From assembly GCA_016432425.1 (NCBI GenBank), contig CP066688.1, positions 446,211 to 510,210 of the forward strand: 64,000 bases of DNA. The letters are read 5' to 3'. Every line of letters starts with the position of its first letter. The first letter of the stretch is position 1. Shown in pieces: positions 1 to 9,456 of the stretch. The position numbers and the translations under genes were made by a program. Below the pieces are notes generated by a model. The model saw only the letters and a program-made list of their open reading frames with translations. It was not told where the DNA came from and ran no database searches. The stretch comes from Candidatus Daviesbacteria bacterium. Its GTDB lineage: Bacteria > Patescibacteriota > Microgenomatia > Daviesbacterales > UBA10151.

Positions 1-32
1 TTTGTTGGCCATAACATAATCATACCAAAATT

Positions 33-67
33 GACAAAATGATGATATTGGCTTAAAGTATTTTTAA
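33..67 (+). promoter_or_regulatory. Candidate sigma70-like promoter (TTGACA, 17-nt spacer, TAAAGT)
   Basis: ttgaca at ~33-38 followed 17 nt later by a -10-like taaagt; a hairpin-rich untranslated stretch lies downstream. Confidence 0.25.
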
Positions 68-418
68 AGTTTAATTAATGGTTAAAGAATTGTCGGTTAA
101 AGAATTACCACTTGCTCTGCAGGCAGAAGTTATTCCTCTTCCTAAAATTGTCAATACTTGGTCAGGGGAAGGGCAAGAAACATTTCATCGTGTTCAGTTA
201 CAACATAATGACAGTGCTGCTGATCCTAAATCTAAATGTTCCGGCTTACTCTCTATAATTTTGTCCCCCAGCGACCGGGGGACTAAAACTACCTCCTGTC
301 AGTCTTGCAGGCAGCAAGTACCAGTAAGCCTTTTTATTGTTAAATTAGAGCTTGGTTTAAAATAGAGCTTAGGTTTCTTAAACTTTGATTTTTGCGGGGA
401 AAATGCGATAATTAATCC

Positions 419-1120
419 ATGTCCCGCTTCAAATCCTTATTAAAAAACATTTTCTCTCTTTCCCTGCTACTGCCCGTGCTCTTAATTATCTTTTATATTT
501 TTGCGCTGTTTTTATTCCAGGGTTCCCCCCTTTCCCCCCAAGAAATTGTCAACCATTTTGCCCAAATTTATGACCGATACGGTTATGAGCTGATTTTTAC
601 CGGGGCTTTTTTAGAGGGGTTGGTAATTGTGAATTTCTTTATCCCCGGGGTAACTATTGTAATTTTAGGGGTAGTTTTTGCCAAAGCCGGCCAGGTGGAT
701 TTGACCCTGGCAATTTTATTTGCTTCTTTAGGTTTTTTGGCCGGGTTTATAATTGACTACCTAATGGGTTATTTTGGTTTTGCCCAAGCGATCAACAAAT
801 TTGGGATTTCCCCAGCCTTACAAAAGGCTAAAACTCATTTAGAAAAAAAAGATCGGTTGCGCAGCTTTGCCCTGGCTTTTATCCATCCCGATATTGGCTC
901 GTTCGTGGCTTTGGCGGCCGGGACCATTAAGATGAATTTTTTCCATTTTTTCTGGCTGTGTACTCTTTCCACTGTGGCCTGGATGAGTATTTGGGGGCTG
1001 TTGGTTTATGCTTTTGGCCAGGTTTTCTTAACCGTTTTAACCAGGTACACTGTAATTTTATTAATTATAGTTTTGTCAGTCTGGTTGTTAATTAATTTTG
1101 TGGGGGAGAAAAGAAAGTAA
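419..1120 (+). CDS. DedA/SNARE-associated family integral membrane protein
   Basis: 233 aa with multiple hydrophobic helices; the GVTIVILGVVFAKAG...LGFLAGFIIDYLMGYFG pattern is typical of the DedA/TVP38 family. Confidence 0.55.
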   Translation: MSRFKSLLKNIFSLSLLLPVLLIIFYIFALFLFQGSPLSPQEIVNHFAQIYDRYGYELIFTGAFLEGLVIVNFFIPGVTIVILGVVFAKAGQVDLTLAILFASLGFLAGFIIDYLMGYFGFAQAINKFGISPALQKAKTHLEKKDRLRSFALAFIHPDIGSFVALAAGTIKMNFFHFFWLCTLSTVAWMSIWGLLVYAFGQVFLTVLTRYTVILLIIVLSVWLLINFVGEKRK

Positions 1121-2199
1121 TGCTCATCCCTAATTATAAAATTACCAATGCTTTGCTTAAAAATGTGGGCCGTATTGACGGCGCCCGAGAGGTGATCTTG
1201 AATGCCCCCTTAGTACCGGCTTGGGAAGCTAAATTTAGAAAAGAGGCTATGGAGAGGACTGTCCATCACGGCACTCACCTGGAAGGCAATCCGTTATCAG
1301 AAGAAGAGGTAAAAGATGTCTTGGACGGACAAGAAGTGATGGCCCGGGAGCGGGATATCCAGGAAATTTTAAATTATCGCAATGTCTTAAAATTTATTGA
1401 TTCCATTGAACAAACTATTGGTTCCTCCAACCTCTATCATTTAACAGTGGAAACCATTTTAGAAATGCACCGGCTGACGGTGGAAAAAACTGTGCCGATA
1501 GAATATCAGGGAACTTTTCGCTCCCGCCAGGTAGTCATTAGAAATTCTTTGACCGGCCAAGTTTCTTACACTCCGCCTCCGGCAGTGGAGGTGCCGTTTT
1601 TAATTGAGGATTTAGTTAACTGGGTCAATTCGCAGGAGGCTAAAGATATTCATCCGGTGATTAAAGCCGGGATTGTCCATTATGAGCTGGCCCGAGTGCA
1701 TCCTTTTGTGGATGGCAACGGGCGGGTAGCCCGGGCAGTGGCGACCTTAATTTTATTTTTGGAAGGTTATGATATTAAGAAATTTTTTTCTCTGGAAGAA
1801 TATTTTGACTCTGACCCTATGAATTATTACTTAACTCTGCAGGCGGTTTCCAACCAGTTGGTCTTGGATACCCATGAGCGGGATTTAACCCCTTGGTTGG
1901 AATATTTTTGTGAGGGGGTGGCCATTGAACTAAACCGGGTCAAAGAGCGGGTCCAGCGTATTTCAGTTGATGCCCGGATTAAAGATAAACTGGGGGGAAC
2001 ACAGCTAATGCTTAATGAAAGACAGATGTTAATTATGGAGTACTTGCAGCGGCACAAATCTCTGGCTAATAGAGAATTCCGCAAAATCTTCCCGGACCAT
2101 TCTGATGATACGGTATTGCGGGAGCTTAAATTTTTGCGCCAAAAAGGTTTGGTCAGAAAAGCCGGCGGAACTAAGAAGGCTACTTACGTACTAAAATAA
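1120..2199 (+). CDS. Fic/DOC family protein (AMPylator-type) with C-terminal winged-helix domain
   Basis: Canonical Fic motif HPFVDGNGRVARAV is present; start overlaps the upstream stop (ATGA). Confidence 0.85.
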   Translation: MLIPNYKITNALLKNVGRIDGAREVILNAPLVPAWEAKFRKEAMERTVHHGTHLEGNPLSEEEVKDVLDGQEVMARERDIQEILNYRNVLKFIDSIEQTIGSSNLYHLTVETILEMHRLTVEKTVPIEYQGTFRSRQVVIRNSLTGQVSYTPPPAVEVPFLIEDLVNWVNSQEAKDIHPVIKAGIVHYELARVHPFVDGNGRVARAVATLILFLEGYDIKKFFSLEEYFDSDPMNYYLTLQAVSNQLVLDTHERDLTPWLEYFCEGVAIELNRVKERVQRISVDARIKDKLGGTQLMLNERQMLIMEYLQRHKSLANREFRKIFPDHSDDTVLRELKFLRQKGLVRKAGGTKKATYVLK

Positions 2200-2776
2200 A
2201 AGTTTCTTGAAGATTTCCATTAATGGTGGGAATAGCTTGTCGTTTGGCTGCTACCAAGCCAATTTTATTTCCCCCTTCTTTTGTAACCACTGTTAATCCA
2301 TCTAAAGCTCTTTCTACAAGTGTATTTGGTGTGCGTCCATCTGATTTGTGATACAAACCTACTCCTATGCTAGTGTTCAAGTCTTGAGTTTCTGGCAGGG
2401 ATAAAATTGTTTTTAATATGCTTGCAGCATACGATAAAACATGAGTATCAGGAATTTGGGGCAAAATTACTCCCAAATCAGCAAATTTTTTTGGTAAACC
2501 TACTATACCTTTTTGTTCAGTAAGCCCGGAAATAATGTCCCCGATTCTGTTTAGTTGGTCAGGAGAAGGTTGATTTGTGAAGTTGAGTAAAAGTAGGGCT
2601 AAGGGAGATCTTGGTCGGGATATGCCGGTCCTATCTGTCTCTTGAGATAAATGCTTAATAAATGCAAACGCGTCAAGCATATTAGATGGTAAGGTTGGTC
2701 CTTCAGTTTCTTGAGTCATAAGAGTGTATTTTACAACATTTAGGCTACTACTGTCCTCAATCAGGATATCTTTCAA
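2180..2776 (-). CDS. Hypothetical protein, possibly degenerate GGDEF-like domain
   Basis: 198 aa; C-terminal VERALDGLTVVTKEGGNKIGLV loosely resembles the AD.ALY.AK..GRN.V end of GGDEF domains but has no GGDEF/GGEEF catalytic motif. Overlaps the upstream GGDEF gene by 20 nt. Confidence 0.3.
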   Translation of the reverse strand: MKDILIEDSSSLNVVKYTLMTQETEGPTLPSNMLDAFAFIKHLSQETDRTGISRPRSPLALLLLNFTNQPSPDQLNRIGDIISGLTEQKGIVGLPKKFADLGVILPQIPDTHVLSYAASILKTILSLPETQDLNTSIGVGLYHKSDGRTPNTLVERALDGLTVVTKEGGNKIGLVAAKRQAIPTINGNLQETFILVRK

Positions 2777-3431
2777 TGTTAATAGAGTCTTTAACTAAGC
2801 CGGTAGATTTACCTTGTTTGGCGACATAAAGTGCACGGTCTCCTACCTGTAATAAAGTATAGGCATCTGCCCCTTCCGGTGCATAAACTAATCCTAAGCT
2901 CATGGTCTGTTCTGATCCATATTCCGGAAACACTTCTTTAACAGCACTAACTATGAGGCGGCGTATTCTTATAGCCGCCCCTAAGGCAGTAGATTGTTGG
3001 GCGCCGACAAGAAAGGCATAAAATTCATCACCACCTCGTCCCAAAAGATCAAATTCTTCTCTTCTGTTTTCTCTTTTTTCAGCCATTTCTGGAGAAGGGG
3101 GACGGGTTCTGGTGTGTTCATATAAAATGCTGCCAGCAAGTATAATTAACTCATCTCCGGCTGGGTGACCTTGCTTATCATTAAACCTTTTAAAGTCATC
3201 TAAATCTACAGTGAGAAGGGTTCCGGTGGCGCCCTGCTTCAGATATTCTTTTAATCTATCTTTAAATCCGCCTTTCCTTAAGAATGTCTTTGGCATTAAA
3301 TCATCTCTGTCTAAAAGTCTAGAAAGCTGTTTAGGAGTGAGTTCTCCTTTACGTACTGCATCATAGATTTTCTGGTGCTCCCGAGGTATTTGGGGTTCAA
3401 AATCAGGATTAATATCTGGATACTGGCTCAT
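2757..3431 (-). CDS. Diguanylate cyclase (GGDEF domain protein)
   Basis: Intact RGGDEFYAFLV active-site motif, LTVDLDDFKRFND inhibitory/metal region and LLQVGDRALYVAKQGKSTG C-terminal signature. Confidence 0.8.
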   Translation of the reverse strand: MSQYPDINPDFEPQIPREHQKIYDAVRKGELTPKQLSRLLDRDDLMPKTFLRKGGFKDRLKEYLKQGATGTLLTVDLDDFKRFNDKQGHPAGDELIILAGSILYEHTRTRPPSPEMAEKRENRREEFDLLGRGGDEFYAFLVGAQQSTALGAAIRIRRLIVSAVKEVFPEYGSEQTMSLGLVYAPEGADAYTLLQVGDRALYVAKQGKSTGLVKDSINIERYPD

Positions 3432-3496
3432 CTCTTCTACCGTAGCTGATAAATGCGTATTTTACAAGAGCTTTTGAATCTATTACAATTGCTAAA

Positions 3497-3958
3497 ATGA
3501 CCAGTGACAAATCGTATGATATAAGTATATTACCTCTGGTCCTCACTGCTCAGGAAAGAGTTATAATGGGTGCTAGTGCGCCTGCCGATACTGAGGCAGA
3601 TTGGTATCGCCCGCAAGGAGTACTTAACCAAGAACTGAGTTTAGAAAAGGTAATTGAGGAAAGAGGCAACTTAGGAAACCAAGTTATAAGTGAAATAATG
3701 GGACTTGCTTTAGGTGCAGACAAGCCAATTGTTTTGAAACTGGAGGATATAAATCCTGAAACAGGACTAACGAAAAGTGATCCAAAAATAATAGGCTTAT
3801 GGGATAAAGAAAAAAGGACAGTTGTTAGGGCAGAAAATGGTCCCGAGCTAACCTTGCAAGTTTATGAATCTCTTCAAGCAAGAGGCTATGATCTTCATCT
3901 TCGTCCACAATCCCGTGATGTAGAAAGCGGAGGTTTAGGGGGAGCAGAGCACGAATGA
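3497..3958 (+). CDS. Hypothetical protein, likely co-transcribed with the DNA ligase
   Basis: 153-aa ORF whose stop overlaps the ligase start (3955); no recognisable motif. Confidence 0.35.
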   Translation: MTSDKSYDISILPLVLTAQERVIMGASAPADTEADWYRPQGVLNQELSLEKVIEERGNLGNQVISEIMGLALGADKPIVLKLEDINPETGLTKSDPKIIGLWDKEKRTVVRAENGPELTLQVYESLQARGYDLHLRPQSRDVESGGLGGAEHE

Positions 3959-5763
3959 CTTTTAGTAAACTTGTACAGTATTTTGAAAAACTGGAGGGAA
4001 CTTCTTCCAGACTTATCTTAATTGATATCTTAGCTGAACTTTTCAAGGAAACCACCACAGATGAGATAGCCCAAGTTTCTTATTTACTTCAAGGAAGAAT
4101 AGCCCCCTTTTATGAGCCTTTAGAAATTGGGATGAGCGAGAAATTAGTAGCAGCAGCTGTGGCCAGAGCGTATAGCCTGGAACGTGAGCAGGTGCTGAAA
4201 GAGTATGGGAAGGTGGGAGATTTAGGAAAGGTGGCCCAGAAGTTGTTATCCCTGCGAAAGCAGGGATCCAAAAGACAAAAGTCAGAGTCGGAATTGGATT
4301 CCCGCATCCGCGGGAATGACGAAGGGATGACAGTCAATGAAGTATTTGAGACACTGAGGCGTATTGCTCAAACCACAGGGGAGGGGACGGTGGAGAAAAA
4401 GGTTTCTGCATTAGCTGGATTACTGGGAAAGGTAGATGGGGTGGGAGCTAAACATTTAGTCAGAATTCCCCTTGGGGTTTCCAGATTAGGGATTGGAGAC
4501 CCCACTATTTTGGATGCTTTTGCCAAATTAAAACTGGGCGACAAATCTAAAAGAAAGCTTTTGGAGGGAGCATATAACAAAGTTTCTGATCTAGGTTTAA
4601 TTGGAGAGACTTTATGGAAAGAAGGATTAAAGGGAGTAGAAAAATTAGATGTGACTGTTGGCAGACCAATCAGATCGGAGCTTTGTGAGAGAATTACCGA
4701 CCCTAAGACTATTTTGAAAAAATATGGAGGCGAGGCTCATACCCAGTATAAATATGATGGCTTCAGGGTCCAGATTCACTACAGGCATGACGGGAATCAA
4801 GTGAGGCTATTTTCCAGAAATTTAGAGGAAACCACACCCATGTTCCCTGATATTGTGGAGGCAGTCAAAAAACAGATTAAAGCAAACTCTGTAATTTTGG
4901 ATTCAGAAGCTTTGGCTTTTAATCCGGAGTCTGAGGAGTTTTTACCTTTTCAGGAGACTACCAAACGCCGCCGTAAGTATAACATTGAAGAAATGCAAAG
5001 AAAGTTTCCTTTAAAAGCTTTTGTTTTTGACATTATGTATTTAAATGGTAAGTCTTTAATGGATATGCCTCTTAAAGAACGGATTAATAATTTGGAAAAA
5101 GTCATCTCGGGAGAGGAAGTGCTTATACCACAACCTGGAGAGATGGTCAAAGATCCGGAAAGGTTGCAGCAACTGTTTGATGATGCTATATCCCGCGGAT
5201 TGGAGGGAGTGGTCACCAAAAGACCTGATTCAAAGTATGAAGCTGGAAGAAGGAATTTTAATTGGATAAAATTAAAAAGACACTCCTCAGGGGAGTTAAA
5301 AGATACCATAGATTGTGTGATTTTAGGTTATATTTTTGGCAGGGGTAAAAGGGCTGCTTTTGGGGCAGGAGCTTTGTTAGTAGGAGTTTATGATGATAAA
5401 AAAGATGAATTTGTCACAGTATCAAAGATTGGCACAGGTTTAACAGATGAGGAGTGGAGGGAAATCCACAAAAGGGCAGATAAAATAAAAGTTGATCACA
5501 AACCAGCCAGGGTTAACTCAATCTTAACTCCTTCTGTTTGGATTGCCCCGGAGATTGTGATAGAGGTGTTGGCTGATGAGATTACCAAATCCCCGGTTCA
5601 TACAGCAGGTGCTTCGACAAGCTCAGCATCTGGACAAAAAACTCCTGGGTACGCCCTAAGATTCCCCAGACTGGTAAAATTCAGAGGTGCTGACAAACAA
5701 GCAGAAGATGCCACCACTGTTAAGGAATTAATAGAAATGTATAAACAGCAGTTTAAAAAGTAG
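3955..5763 (+). CDS. ATP-dependent DNA ligase (archaeal/eukaryotic LigB type)
   Basis: KYDGFRVQIH adenylation motif (KxDG) plus N-terminal DNA-binding, adenylation and OB-fold layout; 602 aa. Confidence 0.85.
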   Translation: MTFSKLVQYFEKLEGTSSRLILIDILAELFKETTTDEIAQVSYLLQGRIAPFYEPLEIGMSEKLVAAAVARAYSLEREQVLKEYGKVGDLGKVAQKLLSLRKQGSKRQKSESELDSRIRGNDEGMTVNEVFETLRRIAQTTGEGTVEKKVSALAGLLGKVDGVGAKHLVRIPLGVSRLGIGDPTILDAFAKLKLGDKSKRKLLEGAYNKVSDLGLIGETLWKEGLKGVEKLDVTVGRPIRSELCERITDPKTILKKYGGEAHTQYKYDGFRVQIHYRHDGNQVRLFSRNLEETTPMFPDIVEAVKKQIKANSVILDSEALAFNPESEEFLPFQETTKRRRKYNIEEMQRKFPLKAFVFDIMYLNGKSLMDMPLKERINNLEKVISGEEVLIPQPGEMVKDPERLQQLFDDAISRGLEGVVTKRPDSKYEAGRRNFNWIKLKRHSSGELKDTIDCVILGYIFGRGKRAAFGAGALLVGVYDDKKDEFVTVSKIGTGLTDEEWREIHKRADKIKVDHKPARVNSILTPSVWIAPEIVIEVLADEITKSPVHTAGASTSSASGQKTPGYALRFPRLVKFRGADKQAEDATTVKELIEMYKQQFKK

Positions 5764-5787
5764 AATGGCTCCCCAAAAATAAATCCC

Positions 5788-6543
5788 ATGAAGATTTTAA
5801 CTATTCAAGAACTAAAAGAGAAAAATTATCCCGGTTCGCAAATAACCATAGAGCAAGAACTGGGGAAGAAAGAGGGTTACCATGCTTATCTAGTTTCGTA
5901 TCAATCAGAGGGCCTGAAAATTTATGGATATTTAACTGTGCCCGCTGGTAAAAAACCCCCAAAAGGATGGCCGGCCATTTTATTTAACCATGGCTATATT
6001 CCCCTGGACAAATTTAAGACTGACAGGCAGTATGTGCGTTATTTAGCTCATCTGGCCAAAGCCGGATATGTGGTTTTTAAACCGGATTTTCGCGGCCATG
6101 GTCAATCTGAGGGTGAGCCTTCCGGTAACTTTGAATCCGGTTATGCTATAGATGCTATTAATGCCTTGGAGTCTTTGAAAAAATTACCAGCAGTAAATCC
6201 AGACAGAATAGGAGTTTGGGGCCACTCCATGGGAGGGCATATTACTTTAAAAGTGCTTTTAGTTAAACCGGAAATTAAGGCAGCAGTAATTTGGGCAGCA
6301 AAATACCAGTCTATCTCACCAGTGTCTTTTATACATGAGTTAAATATGCCTATTCAACTGCATCATGGACTATTGGATGAGCGTATTCCCACTTCCCGAT
6401 CCGAGGAGTTTAAAGAGGTTTTAGAGAAATTAGGTAAAAGTGTGGAGTTGTATTTGTATCCGGAGGGCAACCATAACCTGTCCGGACCGGAACTAAAGAT
6501 AGCCATGGACAGATCAGTTAAGTTTTTTAACCAATTTCTATAA
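5788..6543 (+). CDS. Alpha/beta hydrolase (S9 peptidase / dienelactone hydrolase-like)
   Basis: Nucleophile elbow GHSMGG and an alpha/beta hydrolase-fold pattern with a C-terminal His. Confidence 0.7.
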   Translation: MKILTIQELKEKNYPGSQITIEQELGKKEGYHAYLVSYQSEGLKIYGYLTVPAGKKPPKGWPAILFNHGYIPLDKFKTDRQYVRYLAHLAKAGYVVFKPDFRGHGQSEGEPSGNFESGYAIDAINALESLKKLPAVNPDRIGVWGHSMGGHITLKVLLVKPEIKAAVIWAAKYQSISPVSFIHELNMPIQLHHGLLDERIPTSRSEEFKEVLEKLGKSVELYLYPEGNHNLSGPELKIAMDRSVKFFNQFL

Positions 6544-6562
6544 CATATGTTAAAATGCGCTC

Positions 6563-7849
6563 ATGGCATACGTGGCTGATTTGCACATCCACTCTCGCTT
6601 TTCCAGAGCTTGTTCCCAGGCTTTAAACGTGCCCAATCTGGTGGAATGGGCTAAATACAAAGGGATTAATCTGTTGGGGACAGGGGATTTTCTTCATCCT
6701 TTGTGGCTGGCAGAATTGAAAAATCAATTAACAGAGGATGGAACTGGATTTCTAACCCATACAGGCGACCCAACAGTTAAATTTTTGTTAACAGTGGAGA
6801 TTGCCACCATGTATTCCCATAGGGGCAGGGGCAGAAGATTGCATAATTTAGTGTTCCTGCCGGATTTTCGCTCCGCTGAAGCTTTTCAAAAATCACTTCT
6901 TTCCAGAAGGGCTAATTTAGGATCAGACGGCAGGCCAATTTTAGGAATGTCCTCTAAAGATTTGTTATCTTTAGCACTTCAGGCATCAGAGCAAGCTCTT
7001 TTTATTCCGGCTCATGCCTGGACTCCTTGGTTTGGGATTTTTGGGTCTGAGTCAGGCTATGATTCGCTGTCAGAGTGTTTTGAAGACTTAACCCCATATG
7101 TTTATGGCATAGAAACCGGCCTTTCAAGCGACCCGGCCATGAATTGGAGGGTTGCTGAACTTGATAACAGATCAATTCTTTCTTTTTCTGATGCCCATTC
7201 TTTGCCTAATTTAGGCAGGGAATCAACTGTTTTTTCTGAGGATTTAAAAGATGGATATTGGGGGATGTTTGAGGCTATAAAGCAACAAAAAATTGCCGGG
7301 ACTTTGGAGTTTTATCCTGAGCAGGGGAAATACCACTATACCGGGCACAGAAATTGTAATGTTAAATATACACCGGAGGATACAAAAGATAAAGGCACTA
7401 TTTGTCCTAAATGCGGGAGAAATTTAACTGTAGGGGTGATGGAAAGGGTAGAGAAGCTGGCTGATCGGGAAATAGGGGAAATTGGGGAAATAAGAGAGAT
7501 GGGGGTAGTAAAAAGCAAAACATTTCCAAGGAGAGCAGGGTATAGAATGTTAGTACCTTTGCATCAGGTTATAGCAGAAGCTTTTGGCACTGCTCCAACA
7601 ACACAAAAAGTCTTAAATGAGTACAAAAAGTTAGTAACTGAGTTAGGGGGAGAAATTAAGGTTTTAACCAAAATTTCCATAGAAGATATCGCTAAAGTCT
7701 CAGGGCCAAAGGTGGCAGAAGGGGTGGACAAAGACAGGAAAGGAGATCTGGTGATAGATCCGGGGTATGATGGAGTGTATGGAGTGGTGAAGATTTGGAA
7801 TGAAGGAGAGGAGAAGACAGAAGCTCCGCAGATAAGTTTGTTTGACTAA
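6563..7849 (+). CDS. PHP-domain protein, Endonuclease Q-like (PHP + zinc ribbon)
   Basis: N-terminal ADLHIHSRFSRA PHP metal-binding motif and an internal CPKCGR zinc finger, the arrangement seen in archaeal EndoQ-like proteins. Confidence 0.5.
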   Translation: MAYVADLHIHSRFSRACSQALNVPNLVEWAKYKGINLLGTGDFLHPLWLAELKNQLTEDGTGFLTHTGDPTVKFLLTVEIATMYSHRGRGRRLHNLVFLPDFRSAEAFQKSLLSRRANLGSDGRPILGMSSKDLLSLALQASEQALFIPAHAWTPWFGIFGSESGYDSLSECFEDLTPYVYGIETGLSSDPAMNWRVAELDNRSILSFSDAHSLPNLGRESTVFSEDLKDGYWGMFEAIKQQKIAGTLEFYPEQGKYHYTGHRNCNVKYTPEDTKDKGTICPKCGRNLTVGVMERVEKLADREIGEIGEIREMGVVKSKTFPRRAGYRMLVPLHQVIAEAFGTAPTTQKVLNEYKKLVTELGGEIKVLTKISIEDIAKVSGPKVAEGVDKDRKGDLVIDPGYDGVYGVVKIWNEGEEKTEAPQISLFD

Positions 7850-8048
7850 TGGTAAAATAGCTTTATAATCACAAGGAAACCCTGCTTTCTTAAAGCGGGG
7901 TTCAACTGACAAGTGATTACACACTTCCGCGGGGTAGGTGTAAATCTTAAGTTAGGGTTTTCTTGTTTCTTAAGACAACGAAGTTGTCGCAAGCTCTGCT
8001 TATAAACTTGAAAGGAGAAAACCGCGGACTTTTAGTCCGCGGAAGTTT
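7850..8048 (+). other. Structured 5' leader upstream of pth (candidate cis-regulatory RNA)
   Basis: Nested hairpins aaccccgc...gcggggtt, cttaag...cttaag and a perfect ccgcggacttttagtccgcgg stem between the aaaggagaaaa RBS and the ATG. Confidence 0.3.
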
Positions 8049-8651
8049 ATGAAACTAATTATTGGTTTAGGGAATCCGGGGGAGAAATATATTGGTACCA
8101 GGCATAATTTGGGGTTTGTGGTGGTAGATGCGCTAATCAAGAAGTTGGATGTGGGAGGTGAGAAGCGGAATATTGAAGTGGGAAGTTGGAAATTGGAAGA
8201 AAAGTTCAAGTCAGAAATAATTAAGACACCAAATGTAATCTTAGCTAAGCCTCAAACTTATATGAATAACTCCGGTTTGGCAGTCAAACTGCTAACTGAT
8301 TATTTTAAAATTCCTCCGGAGGATATTATTGTCGTCCATGATGAGCTGGATTTGCCTTTAGGGAAAATTAAAGTTCGCAAAGGAGGAGCTGCTGCCGGGC
8401 ACCATGGGGTACAGTCCATTATTGCTGCTTTAAATTTTGATCAGTTTGTCAGGGTCAGACTGGGGATTGGAAATTTAAAAACCTTATCAGCAGAGCGAAA
8501 AGGGGCCCATGTTAATACTGATAAATTTGTACTGGAGCCTTTTATCTCTAATGAGAGAGCTAAAATTAAACACTTGATTAAACAAGCTGTTTTGGCCCTG
8601 GAAACTCTATTAGAAAAGGGTTTGGATAAAGCCCAGAGTCAGTTTAACTGA
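8049..8651 (+). CDS. pth: Peptidyl-tRNA hydrolase
   Basis: MKLIIGLGNPGEKYIGTRHNLGF N-terminus is the classic Pth signature. Confidence 0.9.
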   Translation: MKLIIGLGNPGEKYIGTRHNLGFVVVDALIKKLDVGGEKRNIEVGSWKLEEKFKSEIIKTPNVILAKPQTYMNNSGLAVKLLTDYFKIPPEDIIVVHDELDLPLGKIKVRKGGAAAGHHGVQSIIAALNFDQFVRVRLGIGNLKTLSAERKGAHVNTDKFVLEPFISNERAKIKHLIKQAVLALETLLEKGLDKAQSQFN

Positions 8652-8691
8652 AATATTGACATAACGAAAAAGTATCAGTAAACTAATTTGG

Positions 8692-9456
8692 ATGGATGAT
8701 AAACAGAGCTTCTCTTCGAGTAAAGATGCCTTTCTAACTACTCCGATGGCCATTCTCCTAGGATCTTTTGTGATTGCTTTTGCTATTTTACTACAAGGAG
8801 GAGTGATCAAACTAAATTCCAATACTGGTATCACTGCTACAGGAGGTACCCCCGCTGCCCAAACTACTCCTTCAGCCGCTCCCACTAGCGCCCAAGTTTC
8901 CCCGGATGATGATCCTGTTTTGGGAGATAAAAATGCTAAAGTTACCTTAATTGAGTTTTCAGATTATGAATGCCCGTTTTGCAAAAGACATTTTGACCAA
9001 GTTTATCCTTCTTTAAAAAAAGACTACATTGATACCGGCAAGGTGAAACTGGTTTACCGGGACTATCCCTTACCTTTCCATGACCCCATGGCCACCTTTG
9101 AGGCCCAAGCAGCCAGTTGTGCCCGGGAACAGGGCGGGGACGGCAACTATTTTAAAATGCATGATGAAATGTTTAAACAGACCACCTCTAACGGCAATGG
9201 TTTAACCAAGGAAAAAATTGCTCAAATTGCCACCGGTTTGGGGTTAAACGGAGCCAACATTGTCTCCTGTGCTGACTCCAATAAATATAAAGATGAAGTG
9301 GCTAAAGATATTGCTGATGGTTCTGCTGTGGGAGTTTCCGGCACCCCCACCTTTATGGTCGGGAAAAGCTCTGGGGGCACTATTGATGGAACCATTATTG
9401 TGGGAGCCCAACCTTACAGCGCTTTCCAGCAAATTATTGACCCTCTCTTAAAATAA
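8692..9456 (+). CDS. DsbA-family thiol:disulfide oxidoreductase (membrane-anchored)
   Basis: N-terminal TM helix and a CPFC thioredoxin-fold active site in a DsbA-like context. Confidence 0.8.
   Translation: MDDKQSFSSSKDAFLTTPMAILLGSFVIAFAILLQGGVIKLNSNTGITATGGTPAAQTTPSAAPTSAQVSPDDDPVLGDKNAKVTLIEFSDYECPFCKRHFDQVYPSLKKDYIDTGKVKLVYRDYPLPFHDPMATFEAQAASCAREQGGDGNYFKMHDEMFKQTTSNGNGLTKEKIAQIATGLGLNGANIVSCADSNKYKDEVAKDIADGSAVGVSGTPTFMVGKSSGGTIDGTIIVGAQPYSAFQQIIDPLLK

Noticed and set aside
78-365. 95-aa ORF at the window start as a protein-coding gene
   Set aside because: It has no RBS, odd composition and extensive hairpins. It is more likely non-coding leader or sRNA, and is kept only as a low-interest finding.
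1827-5789. Antisense ORFs within Fic (1827-2084), the ligase (4110-4337, 4368-4580, 4950-5309, 5598-5789) and the 3497 gene (3825-4058)
   Set aside because: They are embedded antisense to well-supported genes and have no motifs.
8000-8209. 69-aa minus-strand ORF overlapping the pth start and leader
   Set aside because: It overlaps the high-confidence pth N-terminus and the structured leader.
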